DNA of 64,000 bases from Octopus sinensis (taxonomy: Eukaryota): NCBI RefSeq assembly GCF_006345805.1, contig NC_042997.1:176080001-176144000 (forward strand). The letters run 5' to 3'. Shown one piece after another: positions 35,940-49,400 of this stretch. Made by a program: the position numbers and the translations under genes. The notes beneath the pieces were generated by a model that searched no databases, was not told where the DNA came from, and worked only from the letters and a program-made list of their open reading frames with translations. Within the stretch, counting starts at the first letter, position 1, and each line of letters starts with the position of its first letter.

Positions 35940-38830
35940 TTTAATAATAAATAATAATAAATAATAATAATAATAATAATTGTGTACTGCTCAGGTGCAC
36001 TACAACTCATCTAAAGTGTATATAATCAGGTGTAGTTTCGCGGATTTCGGAAAGCATGAGGGCCTTAAAAGATGCAGTGTCATGGCAGTCAACAACAACG
36101 CGCAGGCAGTTTATTCCATGCTTCAGCAACTCTGAGCGTGAAAAAATGTTTCGAAAGTCATGGGAGCTGTATTGTTTCTGACTTTGTAGGCATGTCCACG
36201 TGTGTTAGACACATGGAGATCAAAAAGTGTTCAGTGTTGTTGTTGGTGAGGTGGTTGATAATTTGTGGGTGTTTACAAGTCCGTCGCCAAACGCCGGAGC
36301 TTCAGTGAATCCATGGCCCAGGGAAACAAGCGCTCAGAATATGGTAGGTGTCTGATGGAGAGTATGTGTTTGGTTGCACGTCTCTGGACAGATTCCAGGA
36401 GGTCAATGTTCTGTGCAAGATAGGGGTTCCAAATGATGATGCGAATTCCAAGTGTGGTTCGTACCATAGCTGTATACAGTTTTAAATAGATGGCTGGAGA
36501 GTGGCTAACAAAAACCTGCTGAGTGATGCCAAGACACCCTCGGCCTTCCTGACAATCTTAGAGATATGCTTTGACCAACGCAAATCACTGCTGACAGTGA
36601 TGCCTAGGTCACGCTCGCAAGAGGATTTCTTGATATCAGTGTTGTGGAGGGAGTATGTGAACGCAGGGTTTTTTCTCCCAAAATGCATGGTGGTACACTT
36701 GTCCACAGCCAGTTTCAGTTGCCAGTCTGTGATCCATTGCTGCATTGTGTCTAGGTCTGATTGCAGGAAAGAGTTGTAGACATCAGGATCTGTCCTCTTG
36801 ATTTCAGGTACAGCTTGATGTCGTCTGCATATTTCAATACTGTGGCATTCTTTAAATTGGCATCTATGTCGTTATGTATGCTACAACAAGAGGGGACCAA
36901 GGACAGATCCCTGTGGTACACCCGATGACATCTCATATGGTGTAGAGTGCTGTCCTAGAACTGTGACTACCTCCTTTCGGCTGAGGATGAGGATTTCAAC
37001 CAGTTAAAAAGGTCATCCCCCACACCCATTGCAGAGAGTTTCACCATAAGCCTTTTGTGTGGCACAGAGTTGAAAGCCTTAGCAAAGTCAAGGTAGACAA
37101 CATCCACCCATGAGCCACTGTCAGTAATCTGAGTAATGTCCTCAAGGAACTCGACAAGCTGTTCACTGCAGCTGGAGTTAGGGACAAATCCATATTGTGA
37201 GGGTCAGATGAGACTGTGAGAGCTCCAGAAGTTCCAGAGTGTTTCTCTGACACACGATTCCATCAGTTTTGCAATACAGCTAGTGAGACTGACTGGGCGA
37301 TAGTTGACAGGTGATGTGCGGTCGCCCTTTTTGAACAGAGGAATGACACTGGCAGTTTTCCACTGCTCCGAGTAGCACCATTGTTGAGACAGTACTGGAA
37401 GAAATAGAAAGCTGGTGTAAAAGAAAGTGCCTGCCACGTTTGAGAAGCAGGTATGTAACTCCATCGAGACCAGGGGAGGCATAGTTGCGCTATTTTGAAG
37501 GTGACGTCGCAGCATTGCAGGTGTAAATTCCATAGTTGTTATGGAGTTTGCTGTTAGTGATGGTGAAGATGGTACATTTTGACTTTCAACAGTGAATATG
37601 TTTGCATAGCACTCGGCATGAGTTGCTGCGCATTCCTTGGGTCGTCAGTGATCTGGTTGTGTGAGGGTTGCGAAGAGGGCCCACTGGAGAGTGAGGTCTC
37701 TGCTTTGAGTGCACATATTTCCAGAAAACCTTGCTGTCAGGATTGGCTGCTATGCACTGTTCAAATTCAAGCACTGCTTTTTTGTCACTGCTTGAGATGG
37801 TTGGAGGATTTATTCTGCTTCTTCCTGTTGGTGTCTGATTTATGCAACCTGTATTCCCGTTCAGCAGTCCGACGTTCCCTCCTGGCAAGTCGGACCGCTG
37901 AAGTTTCCCAAATTGCCCTTTTGGGGCGGTTCTTCTTTTTTTGTTTACGTGGCACTGATGCTGCACATGCTGCCCATATTGAGTCCAGGATACTCTGGAG
38001 TATAGTATTCACATCTCCAGAGTTGTAGAATTCACGCCAGTTTGGGTGCTGTAGTTCAGTGTGGTACAGGTTCCAATCTGCTCTCTTCCAATCGAAGGAA
38101 GCAGATTGGAGATGGTTCAGGTTTTTTTGCCCGCAAGAGCCAGATTGGCGATGATCATAGCATGATCAGAGTCACCTAGAGGTTCCTCCGTAGTGCAATT
38201 GATAACCGCTTCAGGAGTTGTGGTGAAGAGCAGGTCCAGGTGTTGTCGCCTCTTGTTGGAGAGGTGACTACTTGTGACCAGTTTGAGTCCAGCACAAGCT
38301 CAACAAAATCGTTTGCACTCTGTGGCCAATGGAAAGTCTCCCAATCGATCTCAGGATGATTGAAATCGCCTGCAATAAACACATAAGTGGCTGTTTTCCT
38401 GGCAGCAGCTCGGAGGACATTGCAAAGCTGTGTGTCCCGATGGTAACTTGGGGGACGATAAACAATGCCAAGCAGGAGTGTTGACATGGTCATACGCACG
38501 TCACAGAAAAAAACTTCTTCTTGTGATTCGTTCAAATCGGCACAAGGAATTACCAAAAAATTTGAACGAACGTAGACCATCACACCACCACCACGGCGGT
38601 TAGTGCGGTCCTTACGGAAGAGGTTGTACCCCGTAATGTTGAAAACCCCATCACAGAGTAAGGAATGCGCCCATGTTTCCGTGACAGTGATGAAGTCAGG
38701 GTCAACACTTCTGACGTAGGCGTTGAACAAATGTATTTTGTTGCATAAACTGCGAGCATTTAAGGACAACAATTTGTACCCTGCTCGCAGTTTATGATGG
38801 TGTGTAGAGGATGGCAGGTTGTTCTGGCTT
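35940..38830 (-). mobile_element. CR1-clade LINE ORF2 (AP endonuclease and reverse transcriptase), frameshifted
   Basis: APE: LSLNARSLCNK, ITVTETW, AGDFNHPEIDW, PTRGDN. RT: PLFKKGDRTSPVNYRPVSLTSCIAKLME, YLDFAKAF, LKYADDIKLY, FFTLRVAEAWN. A distinct subfamily from the shorter copies. Confidence 0.95.
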
Positions 38831-39142
38831 AGTTTCCCTGAGTTGCTGTAGTCTTTTTAGTTATTGTGGGTAGAGAGCACTCAGACCAGCTGGTATCTCT
38901 CTTCCACGTTTCAGCAGTCTTGACAAATCTCCAGATTTGTCCATCTGGAAGAATTTCATTTTAGAGGGTTTTTTTCACAATCTTGCTGACCAAGATTGTA
39001 TTCTTACTTCCATAAGTAGAGAGGTTATGTGCCTCTGGCCAACAGGTCTAATGAGTTGCCTATATTGCTAAGAGCAATAATAGTTGTGAAACCAATGGTA
39101 ACTTTGTGACTGGCCATAACCAACAACTTCTTTAAATATAAA

Positions 39143-39804
<662 letters not shown>

Positions 39805-41294
39805 GTGTGTGTGTGTGTTTGCCCTTTCTAATACCAACCACCTTACAGAGTGGATTGAGTTCTTTTTATGTGGCATCAGCAACAGCAAGGTCTGTTTTGA
39901 TATGGTTTTTGTGGTTGGATGCACAGTTTTTACAGCTGGATGCCCTTCTAAATGTCAACTACTTTACAGTGTAGACCGGATGCTTTTTATGTGAGTAGAG
40001 TTGATGATTAATTAATTTATTAATTTGATCTCCAGATACACATTCTTTAGAATGTGTATAGTGATTTCAATTGTATTTATTTACAAAGGGATATAAAATG
40101 CAAACCTATTCTATTAATATAGCTCACCACCCAACCCATACAAGCATGAAACACAGATATTTAATGGTTTAAATCAACATAATTTTGATGCAGCTCCAAA
40201 ACGATTTTACTTGGAAATCATTTTTTTTTAACTGAATTTTGACTTTACACCTGTGAAGAGACTATATAACAGAAATTTCATTGTAATTTTCCCTTAACTG
40301 GTTGCTTATGTCATGGCATTCAGTGATATCTGACTGGGAATTACATAAATGAAGGAGTAACTATCACAATGAGTTTTTACACTGGGTAACACCAACCTTT
40401 GAAATGCCACAATGAAGGGAAATGAAGTAAAAAAAAATGTAATGATTCTGGATAATGAAAAGAAACTACAGGAAAAACGTCACATTCTATTTATATATCA
40501 CAAATAAAGATTAAAATAATTAAACAATTGTTATTTATCAACTGATAACATTTCATTTATTTGTTCCATGTACTTCTCAAGATTTTTACTCACTGTTCCC
40601 AGGGCTCCGACAATTATTGGTACTACTACTACCCTTTCATTGACCACAACTGCTTAACCTCCCAAGCTAACCTGTTATATTTATTGACTTTTCTTTCTTT
40701 CTTATTGCATACTTTGTTGTCAGCTGGGCATGCTATATCTATGATCCAGCGGCCAGTTGGCAGAAACGTTAGCACGCCGGGCGAAATGTGTAGCCGTATT
40801 TCGTCCGCCGTCTGAGTTCAACTTTGCCTTTCATCCTTTCGGGGTCGATTAAATAAGTACCAGTTACGAACTGGAGTCGATATAATCAACTTAATCCGTG
40901 TGTTTGTCCCCTCTGTGTTTAGCCCCTTGTGGGTAGTAAAGAAATATATATCTATGATCCAGCATCGTTTCTTAATCAATTAACACTATGTCTGGCTTCC
41001 TATTCTCTATCTCATGGTTGCACTGAATCATAAAATCCTATAGGATTTTTGCATTATCATTTTCGATGATGCCTTTGGGTTTATATTCATACCACTTTTT
41101 TGCTCTGTCAAGTCCATACTTGTTGCAAAGTGTCCAATGGACAATCCTTGCTATATTGTCATGACATCTCTTATATTCTTTCTGGGCTAGTGGCATACAT
41201 TGACTGGTAATATGCTATACAGTTTCACCATTTTGATTGCAAATTCTGCACTTATCACTTTCTGATGTGTTGTTTATTTTGTATTTGATGTATT

Positions 41295-41552
41295 TGGATC
41301 GTCATCATTGTTGTTGTCATCTTCGTTGTTGTCGTCTTCATCGTCATCGTCTTCATCATTGTCATCTTCATTGTCATCGTCGTTTTCGTCATCATTGGTG
41401 TCTTTGTTGTCGTCGTCTCTGTCATCGTCATCTTCATCGGCGGCGTCTTCGTCATTGTCATTGTCATCTTCATTGTCGTCTTCATCATCATCATCTTCAT
41501 CGTCATCGTCGTCATCTTCATCGTCAGCATCTTCGTCGTCATCGTCATCATT
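41295..41552. repeat. Compound (TCA/TCG/TTG) trinucleotide repeat
   Basis: Read directly from the sequence. It abuts a family A SINE head. Smaller (GAT)n tracts occur at 3177-3400. Confidence 0.9.
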
Positions 41553-42499
41553 ATAAAGGCAGCAAGCTGACAGAATCATTAGCACACCAGGCGAAATGCT
41601 TAGCGGCATTTTGTCTGTCTCAGCATTCTGAGTTCAAATTCTGCCAAGACAACTTTACCTTTCATCCTACCAGTTGAGTACTGGGGTCAATATAATAGAC
41701 TTACCCCCTCCTCAAAATTGCTGGCTTCATGCCAAAATTTGAAATTATTACTATTATTATAAAAGTGGTGAACTGGCAGAATTGTTAGCACACCAGGCAT
41801 TTCCTCCAGCTTTACATTATGAGTTCAAATTCCACTGGGGTCAACTTTGCCTTTCATCCTTTCAGGGTCGATAAATTAAGTACCAGTGAAACACTGGAGT
41901 TGATGTAATCAACTAGTCCCCTACCTGCAAATTTCAGGCCCTGTGCCTTTAGTAGAAAGTATTACTATTATTATTATTATTACAATAGTGAGCAGGCAGA
42001 ATCTTTAGCATACCAAGCTGGATGTGAACTCACATTGCCACATTACAGATTTCAAGCCACAACATATCAACAACTTGATCATGTGGACAGCTGAGTTATT
42101 GTCTAATCTGAAGCCAGATATCATGTGAAAGATGATTCTGGAAGGCCCTGGAACTTTTGCCTCCAATGATTATAAATAGAGTTGATTTTAAGCACCAAGG
42201 GGCTGAATGTCATTGATGCCCGAGCAAAATGTTGTCTCCACACTCATTCTGTTTCAGTGTGCCCTTGGTTGTGGTACAAAATACACACTATTAGTCATTC
42301 TAATGACCACATACTTAACTGATATGTGACTGTAGTAGAAGACAATGAAGCAGCACATATATTTGTAGTGGATCTTGCATGCATGAAGTAGATTCGATCC
42401 ATCACAGCCAAATTTAAATTAACACTGCAACAGAACTTTTCCCAATGTGAAACAATGGTTTTTCTCTGACAGCAGTTTTACATTTTCCGGATGCCTTTA

Positions 42500-42790
42500 G
42501 CTAGGCCAAAATAATGTCTTCACCACTTGACCCTTATAACCTCTTCTACTTCACCAAAAGCTAGAATAGAGATAATAAGACCACCAACTAAATCTATTGT
42601 TCTCAATGATATGTCTATTCTTCTGGATAGCTATAAAAGCAAGCACACTCCAAGCAAAAATCAGTTAGTCACAGTCGGTGACGACTCAACCAAGTAGTCA
42701 CTTCGGTGACGACAAAGTCTGGCTGACTTCAACATCATCATAATATTGTGTACACTAATCAATCTTACCTGTTACAATTGGTGACCCTTG
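42500..42790 (+). mobile_element. Possible LTR 3' end plus tRNA-Trp-like PBS
   Basis: TATA-like ctataaaag at 42631, then ...TGTTACA-at-TGGTGACCC at 42770-42787. The 5' boundary is unknown. Confidence 0.4.
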
Positions 42791-42990
42791 ACTTCAACTA
42801 AAAACTTTATCGTTACATATTTATATTCCTCATGTTTATATTTATATTCCTTAGTTCAGCCACAGTGGTAAATTTTGATATTAAGTTACTTGCATGTTGC
42901 ATTCTGTTTCTTTCATCCTTCTAACTCAATGAGTATATTTGTAATGCATAACTAAATTGATATGAGTTGTGCGGTGATAATATATCATGT

Positions 42991-43219
42991 TCAATCCTTC
43001 AATATTTAAACCAACCATTTCTGGCTCAAATATTCTGCCTGTTTTATATTCAAACCAATCAGATCCAGCCTCTCACACCCACCCTACAGTATCGTTCTGA
43101 ATATAAAACAATAACATCATGGAAATCTCATAGCTACGAGATAATGCATAATTAATTCAAAACAACATGAATTAATAAGCATTACATTTGACTAAGTAAT
43201 CTGAATACTGAAGGGTTAA
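42991..43219. mobile_element. piggyBac-type MITE, family 2
   Basis: Ends ...ctgaagggTTAA and is homologous over its length to 59013-59226 (...ctaaagggTTAA). Confidence 0.65.
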
Positions 43220-43497
43220 ATGTTTGCTTGGTGTTATTAAGTTATTATATACAGCCGTTCGCAAATTAATCAATAACTCATTCAAGCTACAGTCAGTGAC
43301 CCCCAACATTGACACATGACAAGCAACAGCAGCATTTCATTCGTTTTTATGTTCTGAGTTTAAATTCCACTGAGGTTGACTTTGACTTTCATCCTTTTTG
43401 GGGTCGATAAATTAAGTACCAGTGAAACACTGGAGTCGACATAATTGACTTAATCCCTTCCCCAAAATTTGAGGCCTTGTGCTTCCAGTAGAAAGGA

Positions 43498-43536
<39 letters not shown>

Positions 43537-43538
<2 letters not shown>

Positions 43539-43938
43539 TAGTTTTATTTTTATAGTGTGCTTTCACTTCACTACCAAGCGCAGCTCTGTGTGCCTTGGGT
43601 ATGTGTTGTGATGCTCTGATGATTACTGTATTGAAAGTGTTCTGCGTAGGATGTGTGCAGTGTCTAGTAGTGCAATTTTCTGTATGTTATATGTGTTTGT
43701 AAGTCCTGGTGTTTTTGTTATGTATTTGTCTGAATATTTTTTTAATCATGCCTAATGCACCTACTATGATAGGAATTGTTTCTGTTTTTAGATTCCACAT
43801 TCTGGTTACCTCTATTTCCAGGTCTTTGTATTTTGAAAGTTTCTCCATTTCTTTTAGAGACATGTTGTCATCTGCTGGTATTGATACATCAATTAGAAAG
43901 CATTTTTTTCCTTCATGATCTCTGACAACTATATCTGG
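43537..43938 (-). mobile_element. Dong/R4-type non-LTR retrotransposon 3' end (restriction-like endonuclease domain)
   Basis: The minus strand reads PDIVVRDHEGKKCFLIDVSIPADDNMSLKEMEKLSKYKDLEIEVTRMWNLKTETIPIIVGALG, the PD..D..KExEKxxKY RLE motif. Ends in (TAA)n. Confidence 0.9.
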
Positions 43939-43957
43939 TATTATTATTATTATTATT

Positions 43958-44441
43958 GAGTGACACTGGGGTAAAATATACGAAGCCCAATATACCCATC
44001 ATGACTACCCGTCTGATAAGGGTACACCAGGCACATGCATCACAACCATATGTGCGCGACATGGTGATCTCATATCAAGATAAACAGCACATGACCTTGC
44101 AGGTGGGGGCTCAGTTAGAATTTTCTTCAGGTTGAGTAGCCCATCCTGCTCAAAAGGTCCCTGAATAAGGGTTGTTTAAGGATGTTGAAAGAACCACCCA
44201 TGTTTCCAGAGGTGAATTATTCAAACCCCAAAGAATCCCTCTCAACACATGGCTATGATGCTCCCCCACTACTTCTGCTCGTGATCAGAGATGCACATAT
44301 CATCAGCCACTAAGGGACATGCTCAACTGGTTACGGTCAAACAACTGACAAGCAAATCTGTGGTATTGAGCAGAATATTTGCTGTAGCCCATCTTTTATA
44401 CCAAGACAAAACAATGTACATGATAACACTTCCAATCAGTT
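43958..44441 (-). mobile_element. Non-coding (TAA)n-tailed retroposon segment
   Basis: GC-richer block bounded on both sides by (TTA)n, ending in (taa)n on the minus strand. No ORF. Family not established from this window. Confidence 0.5.
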
Positions 44442-44724
44442 TATCGTTATTATTATTATTATCATTATTATTAAGCAGGGCAGGTAGCTTATTTTAGTTA
44501 GAGCGTCATGCTAATAACACGTGTGTCATTGTTTCGCGCCTCATACTGGCCATATCTGTTTATCTGTATTTATGTTCTGAGTTCAAATCCCACTGAAGTT
44601 AACTTTGCTTTTCATCCTTTTGGGGTTGATAAATTAAGTAACAGTGAAACACTGGAGTCAATATAATCGATTAGTCCACCTCACCCCAAATTTTAGGCCT
44701 TGTGCCTTTAGTAGAAAGGATTAT

Positions 44725-44730
44725 TATAAT

Positions 44731-44814
<84 letters not shown>

Positions 44815-45001
44815 CATTATTATTATTATCATTATTATTATCAATAATATTAATATGCTTTTTGTTTTTGTACATACCTGTTGTGTGTGTCACACTTCAA
44901 AGAGAAAGTAAGAGAGAGAGAGAGAGAGAAAGAGAGAGAGTGAAAGAGACAGTGAGTGGTGACGGCATTCATTTTGTGTTTTTAAATGTTTCAGAGAGAA
45001 A

Positions 45002-45040
<39 letters not shown>
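44725..45040. repeat. (TAA)n(TTA)n and (GA)n microsatellites
   Basis: Read directly from the sequence. Confidence 0.95.
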
Positions 45041-45041
<1 letters not shown>

Positions 45042-45334
45042 TATACTTTTCTAGGCCTGAATTTTTTGTGGGGAGGGTGGCAATTGATTAGATCGACCTC
45101 AGTACACAACTGGTGCTTAATTTAGCGACCCCGAAAGGACGAAAGGCAAAGCCGACCTCGGCAGAATTTGAACTCAGAGCATGAAGACACGATCATAATA
45201 TACAAACATTTCTCATGGCATCAGTACTCTGTTTACAGATGCTTACATTTTTTATTTTCCGTGAATTTTTCACGGGTCCAGCTAGTTGCTGTTATTATTA
45301 TTATTATCATTATTATTATTATTATTATTATTAT

Positions 45335-45369
<35 letters not shown>

Positions 45370-45849
45370 AGGCGGCGAACTGGCAGAATCGTTAGCACGC
45401 TGGACGAAATATTTTGCCCGTCGCTACGTTCTGAGTTCAAATTCCGCCGAAGTCAACTTTGCCTTTCCTTCTTTCGGTGTCAATAAATTAAGTACCAGTT
45501 GTGTACTGATATCGATCTATTCGACTGGTCCTCTTCCCACCCCCGCAAAAAAAAAAAAAAAAAAATTTCAGGCCTTGTACCAATATTATAAAGGATTATC
45601 ATCATTATCATTATCGTCATCATCATTATCATCATCATCATTATTAATGATATGACCCATTTACAAGTCAAATTTGCAATATGATATATATCGTGGTTCT
45701 GTTGCTGTGCAATAGCAACACCATTGGTAATAAGCAGCGTCAGCATAAAACTATTTCGATGGGTGTCAGAAGAAACTAACATATCAGGATTAATTAAAAA
45801 ATATATATATATACAATGATAATAAATTAAATTTCAGTAAGATCTTTCT

Positions 45850-46341
45850 AAAAAAATTTGTTTACATTTTAATAATCAATCTGTTTAATCGTCAAGAACG
45901 ATAATTGTTTAATTTTCCAACTAAGCAACAGAAAGGATGATGATGATTCACAACTGAAGCAAATCGAAACAGCTCTCTTTGATAAACATTGCCATAGCAA
46001 ACAGGTTACTATGGTTAGCTTAAAAAAAAAAGAAGAAAAAGACAAAAAAAAAAAAAGCTAGGCTAAATGTTTTTAAGATTTAGAATCCTTGGCTAATTAA
46101 TCGATAAATCCAGGGACGAATTATAGAAGTTGGAATGCTAAACGATGGAAGTAATTATGACGACAAGGTCTGTTGTAATAAGTCTGCCGAGGTACTATGA
46201 CATTTAGGTCGTCGTCGACGATTGGCTGAAGCTTGCATGTGTGTTTTTTTTTTTTCCTAATAAACAGGAACACTAGTAAGCTACTAAAAACGCTGCAAGT
46301 AGATGTAGTAGTAGTTGGTATTTATTGTTAGCTGCAACAAG
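45850..46341 (+). promoter_or_regulatory. Putative promoter/5' UTR of the WW-domain gene
   Basis: Repeat-free, CpG-enriched stretch directly before an ATG in good context (aacaagATG). Reverse CCAAT (gattgg) at ~46221. The TSS cannot be determined. Confidence 0.45.
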
Positions 46342-46421
46342 ATGTCGGGGCCGGCCTACACTCAATACGCAAACTTACCCCCAGGATGGGAAATGCGGTT
46401 CAATACGCAATACCAGCGATA
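46342..46421 (+). CDS. First coding exon of an N-terminal WW-domain protein
   Basis: MSGPAYTQYANLPPGWEMRFNTQYQR(Y) contains the WW signature LPPGWE and ends at a consensus gtaagt donor (phase 2). Not shown in the ORF track because it is short. Confidence 0.82.
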
Positions 46422-49400
46422 GTAAGTTTAATATGTGTTTCTAGAGGGCTGCTGTTTAAAATGTTACTGTCTTCATTATTCAAAACAGCTTGGTCCTTAA
46501 TTTACTGTTTTGTTTTGATTCGCTTTTCCCTTCCATTTCTTGAAACCCCAATATTTTCCTATCCAGCGGTATATATATATATATATATACATACATACAT
46601 ACACTATATATATATAATATATATATATATACATACATACATACACTATATATATATAATATATATATATATGCACACACACCTCTGTTTCTGTCTCTCT
46701 TTCCCCTAACTTTGCCAGTCACTGTTTTGGTTGTCTCCCTACCAAATGGTGATGACAATCAATAGTAAAAAATTTTTTTTCTTTTTAAAATAATTGATAT
46801 ATATATATTTGATATGCCATATTGACATAAAACACCAACTGTAAGATTGATATGGAATTAGAGAAGAAAAAAATACAGAGTTCGGTAATGATTACGGTAT
46901 CACACCATCACATGCACACATATCGATATATGAATGGATGAATGCCTTGAGTCAAAGATTAAAAGAACTTGTGCGAAATAAGTAAATAAATAATGAACTA
47001 TCCTTAAAGGGATATTTTAAAAACATGATTATATATATATACATATAGTGTTGGTCGAAGACTGACCAACTGTATAAAAACGGTTTCATATAGCGGCCCA
47101 AATCAAGGAGAAAAATATATTAGTCAGTTACACTGAGGTTGACCTGGGGCTAAACAAGAACGTTATTGACATATGTAGGGCATATTCAATGAAAATGATT
47201 GAGTCAGTGTACATTGACTGAAGAAGTTTGGGAGATTCATCCTTTTAAAGTACTTATCGACACCCACTACTGTGAAAAGTGTTAAAGGTGAAGTCTAAGT
47301 ACCGCAAGGTATTTTGATATATCACACATAATGAACACGCTTTTCGTGTGAGGTTCGGATAAATTCAGCTTTGAATAATGTTTTTCTTATACTTGCTAAC
47401 CTAGAGATAAAATAGAAAACAATAGAAACATGCATAAATATATGTATGTATACACACACACACACATTTCATTTTGCGTGATGTGTGTTTAATGTTGTAG
47501 TTAATTAACACATGATCAGAACCAGAACGAAGTTTAATATTCAGTTTGTTTTCGTGTTAAGAAACCGCTTCCTATAATCTACTTAAAAAGACGATAGACA
47601 GAAGCTAACCCAACTTGTTATAAATATAAATTCGGTAACTTTCTATAAACTTTGCCCTATAAAATTTTTATTTTAATGTTTGCCCGTTAAGGAAAAAAAA
47701 CACAACTCCGTAACAAGTTGAATAAAACTGGATCTCGCATTTATGGAGTTAGGCATAGTTATGAACAATACTTATTTTTTTATGATTTTGGGGCTAGTCA
47801 ATAAGGTATGTATCAAGTACTAAAGTTGAGTAGATCAACAATACCACATCTATTTTTAAAGTTAAGTTACTTGTACTAGTTAATTTCTACTATCTATTTT
47901 GTCAATAATCTCGGTCACAGAAAATGCAAAACAAGTTCGGGTGACATTTAAAACTCAAAATAAAAAAAGTCGAAGCAACGATAGTCTTCATGGATATTTC
48001 TTACATTTCTAAAAGGCAATGTGGTTCTGAAACGTTCAAATTATAATAATAATTCTTTCTATTATAGGCACAAGGCCTGAAACTTTGAGGGTGGAGCTGG
48101 TCGACTACATCGACCCTAGTGCTTAACTGGTACTTTATGTTCTCGACCATAGAAAGATGAAAGCAGTTTTCATAGATGTCAAATGTTTTCATAATCGAGG
48201 AACGGGAATTAGGGAGTTAATTTCTTGATAGTCTGATTCTGACAACCACAGTCATAACTTTTGATGGTAGGGCATATTCGATGTAACGGATATCAATTAT
48301 TGACGAGTGCTTATTTTATCGCATCAGAAAGGTGGACAGAAAGTCGACCCTGACGCAATTTCAAGTTAGAACCAAAATAAATTAAAAAATGGAATTCAAT
48401 TAAATATCTTCTCCAGCGCTCAACGAACCACCGCCCTTGTTAATTATGATTTCTAATACAGGCACAAGGCCATAGATGCGGTATTGTTGATCTACTCAAC
48501 TTCAGTACTTAACTAATACATATCTTATTGACTAACCTCAGAATCATAGAAAGTAAAGTTTACTTTGGCAAGATTTGAACTCAGAATTTAAAGGGACTTA
48601 ACGAAATACTATTTTGTTTATTTCTGTTACTCGCCATCCTTAATAATAATAATATTGATAGTGATGATGAGAGTTCTCGATGACCTACATACCATTTTTT
48701 TCTGCTCATGGCATTTACTATGTTTTTCCGCAAGCGGGAAAAGGATGGGATGGACATTGATGTTATCGAGCCAGACGGGGAAGTTTCTACATGGTCGTTC
48801 GACCAGCTAGTAATAGTAGTTGCATTCTCCTCAAACCAGAACTTATCTTCAAAAGAAAGACCACATCGGATAATCTAATCCTTGATATCATGGCTGGGAC
48901 CTTTTTATCATAATTCTACTTGGTAGAGCTGATGTGGGGGCTATGCAATAAAATCCATCCAAGCAAGCCATCGGAGACCTTGTGCGCTTCTTAAAGCTTA
49001 CCTAGTATCTCTCGATTTAAATCCCGTCGGTGCGATTTATGCCTTTCATCCACCATCATTCATTTATTAGAGTCGTTTATATATATATACGTTGATTCAA
49101 TTCTCTTTGTAGTAATGGTTACTTGCGTCGTAGAGCGAGGGCAAAACCAATTCCGTAGACTGGAGTCGATTGTTTTCGTCGGAACCATTTCCATTTTATT
49201 GACAGTGTGTTATCTCTGGAAAAAGTTTGAATGAACTATCATAACTATACTAATTTCTGTATACCCATACGCACCTCTCTTTCTATTTATATATGTATAA
49301 AGTGTGTGTGTGTATTTATGTATGTATATTTGTGTGTATGTGTGCATATATATATATATGCACACATACACACAAATATACATATATATATTACATGCAA

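Noticed and set aside
40615-40660. YYYYPFIDHN peptide as the second half of the WW domain
   Set aside because: It lies upstream of the WW exon, derives from a (TAC)n run and lacks splice sites.
41237-41677. His-rich, Asp-rich or Ser-rich ORFs as real proteins
   Set aside because: All overlapping frames are open because of the trinucleotide repeat, which abuts a SINE. No coding signal.
46386-46709. ORF MGNAVQYAIPAI... as the gene start
   Set aside because: The upstream ATG at 46342 gives a WW motif in another frame. This ORF runs through the donor into microsatellite.
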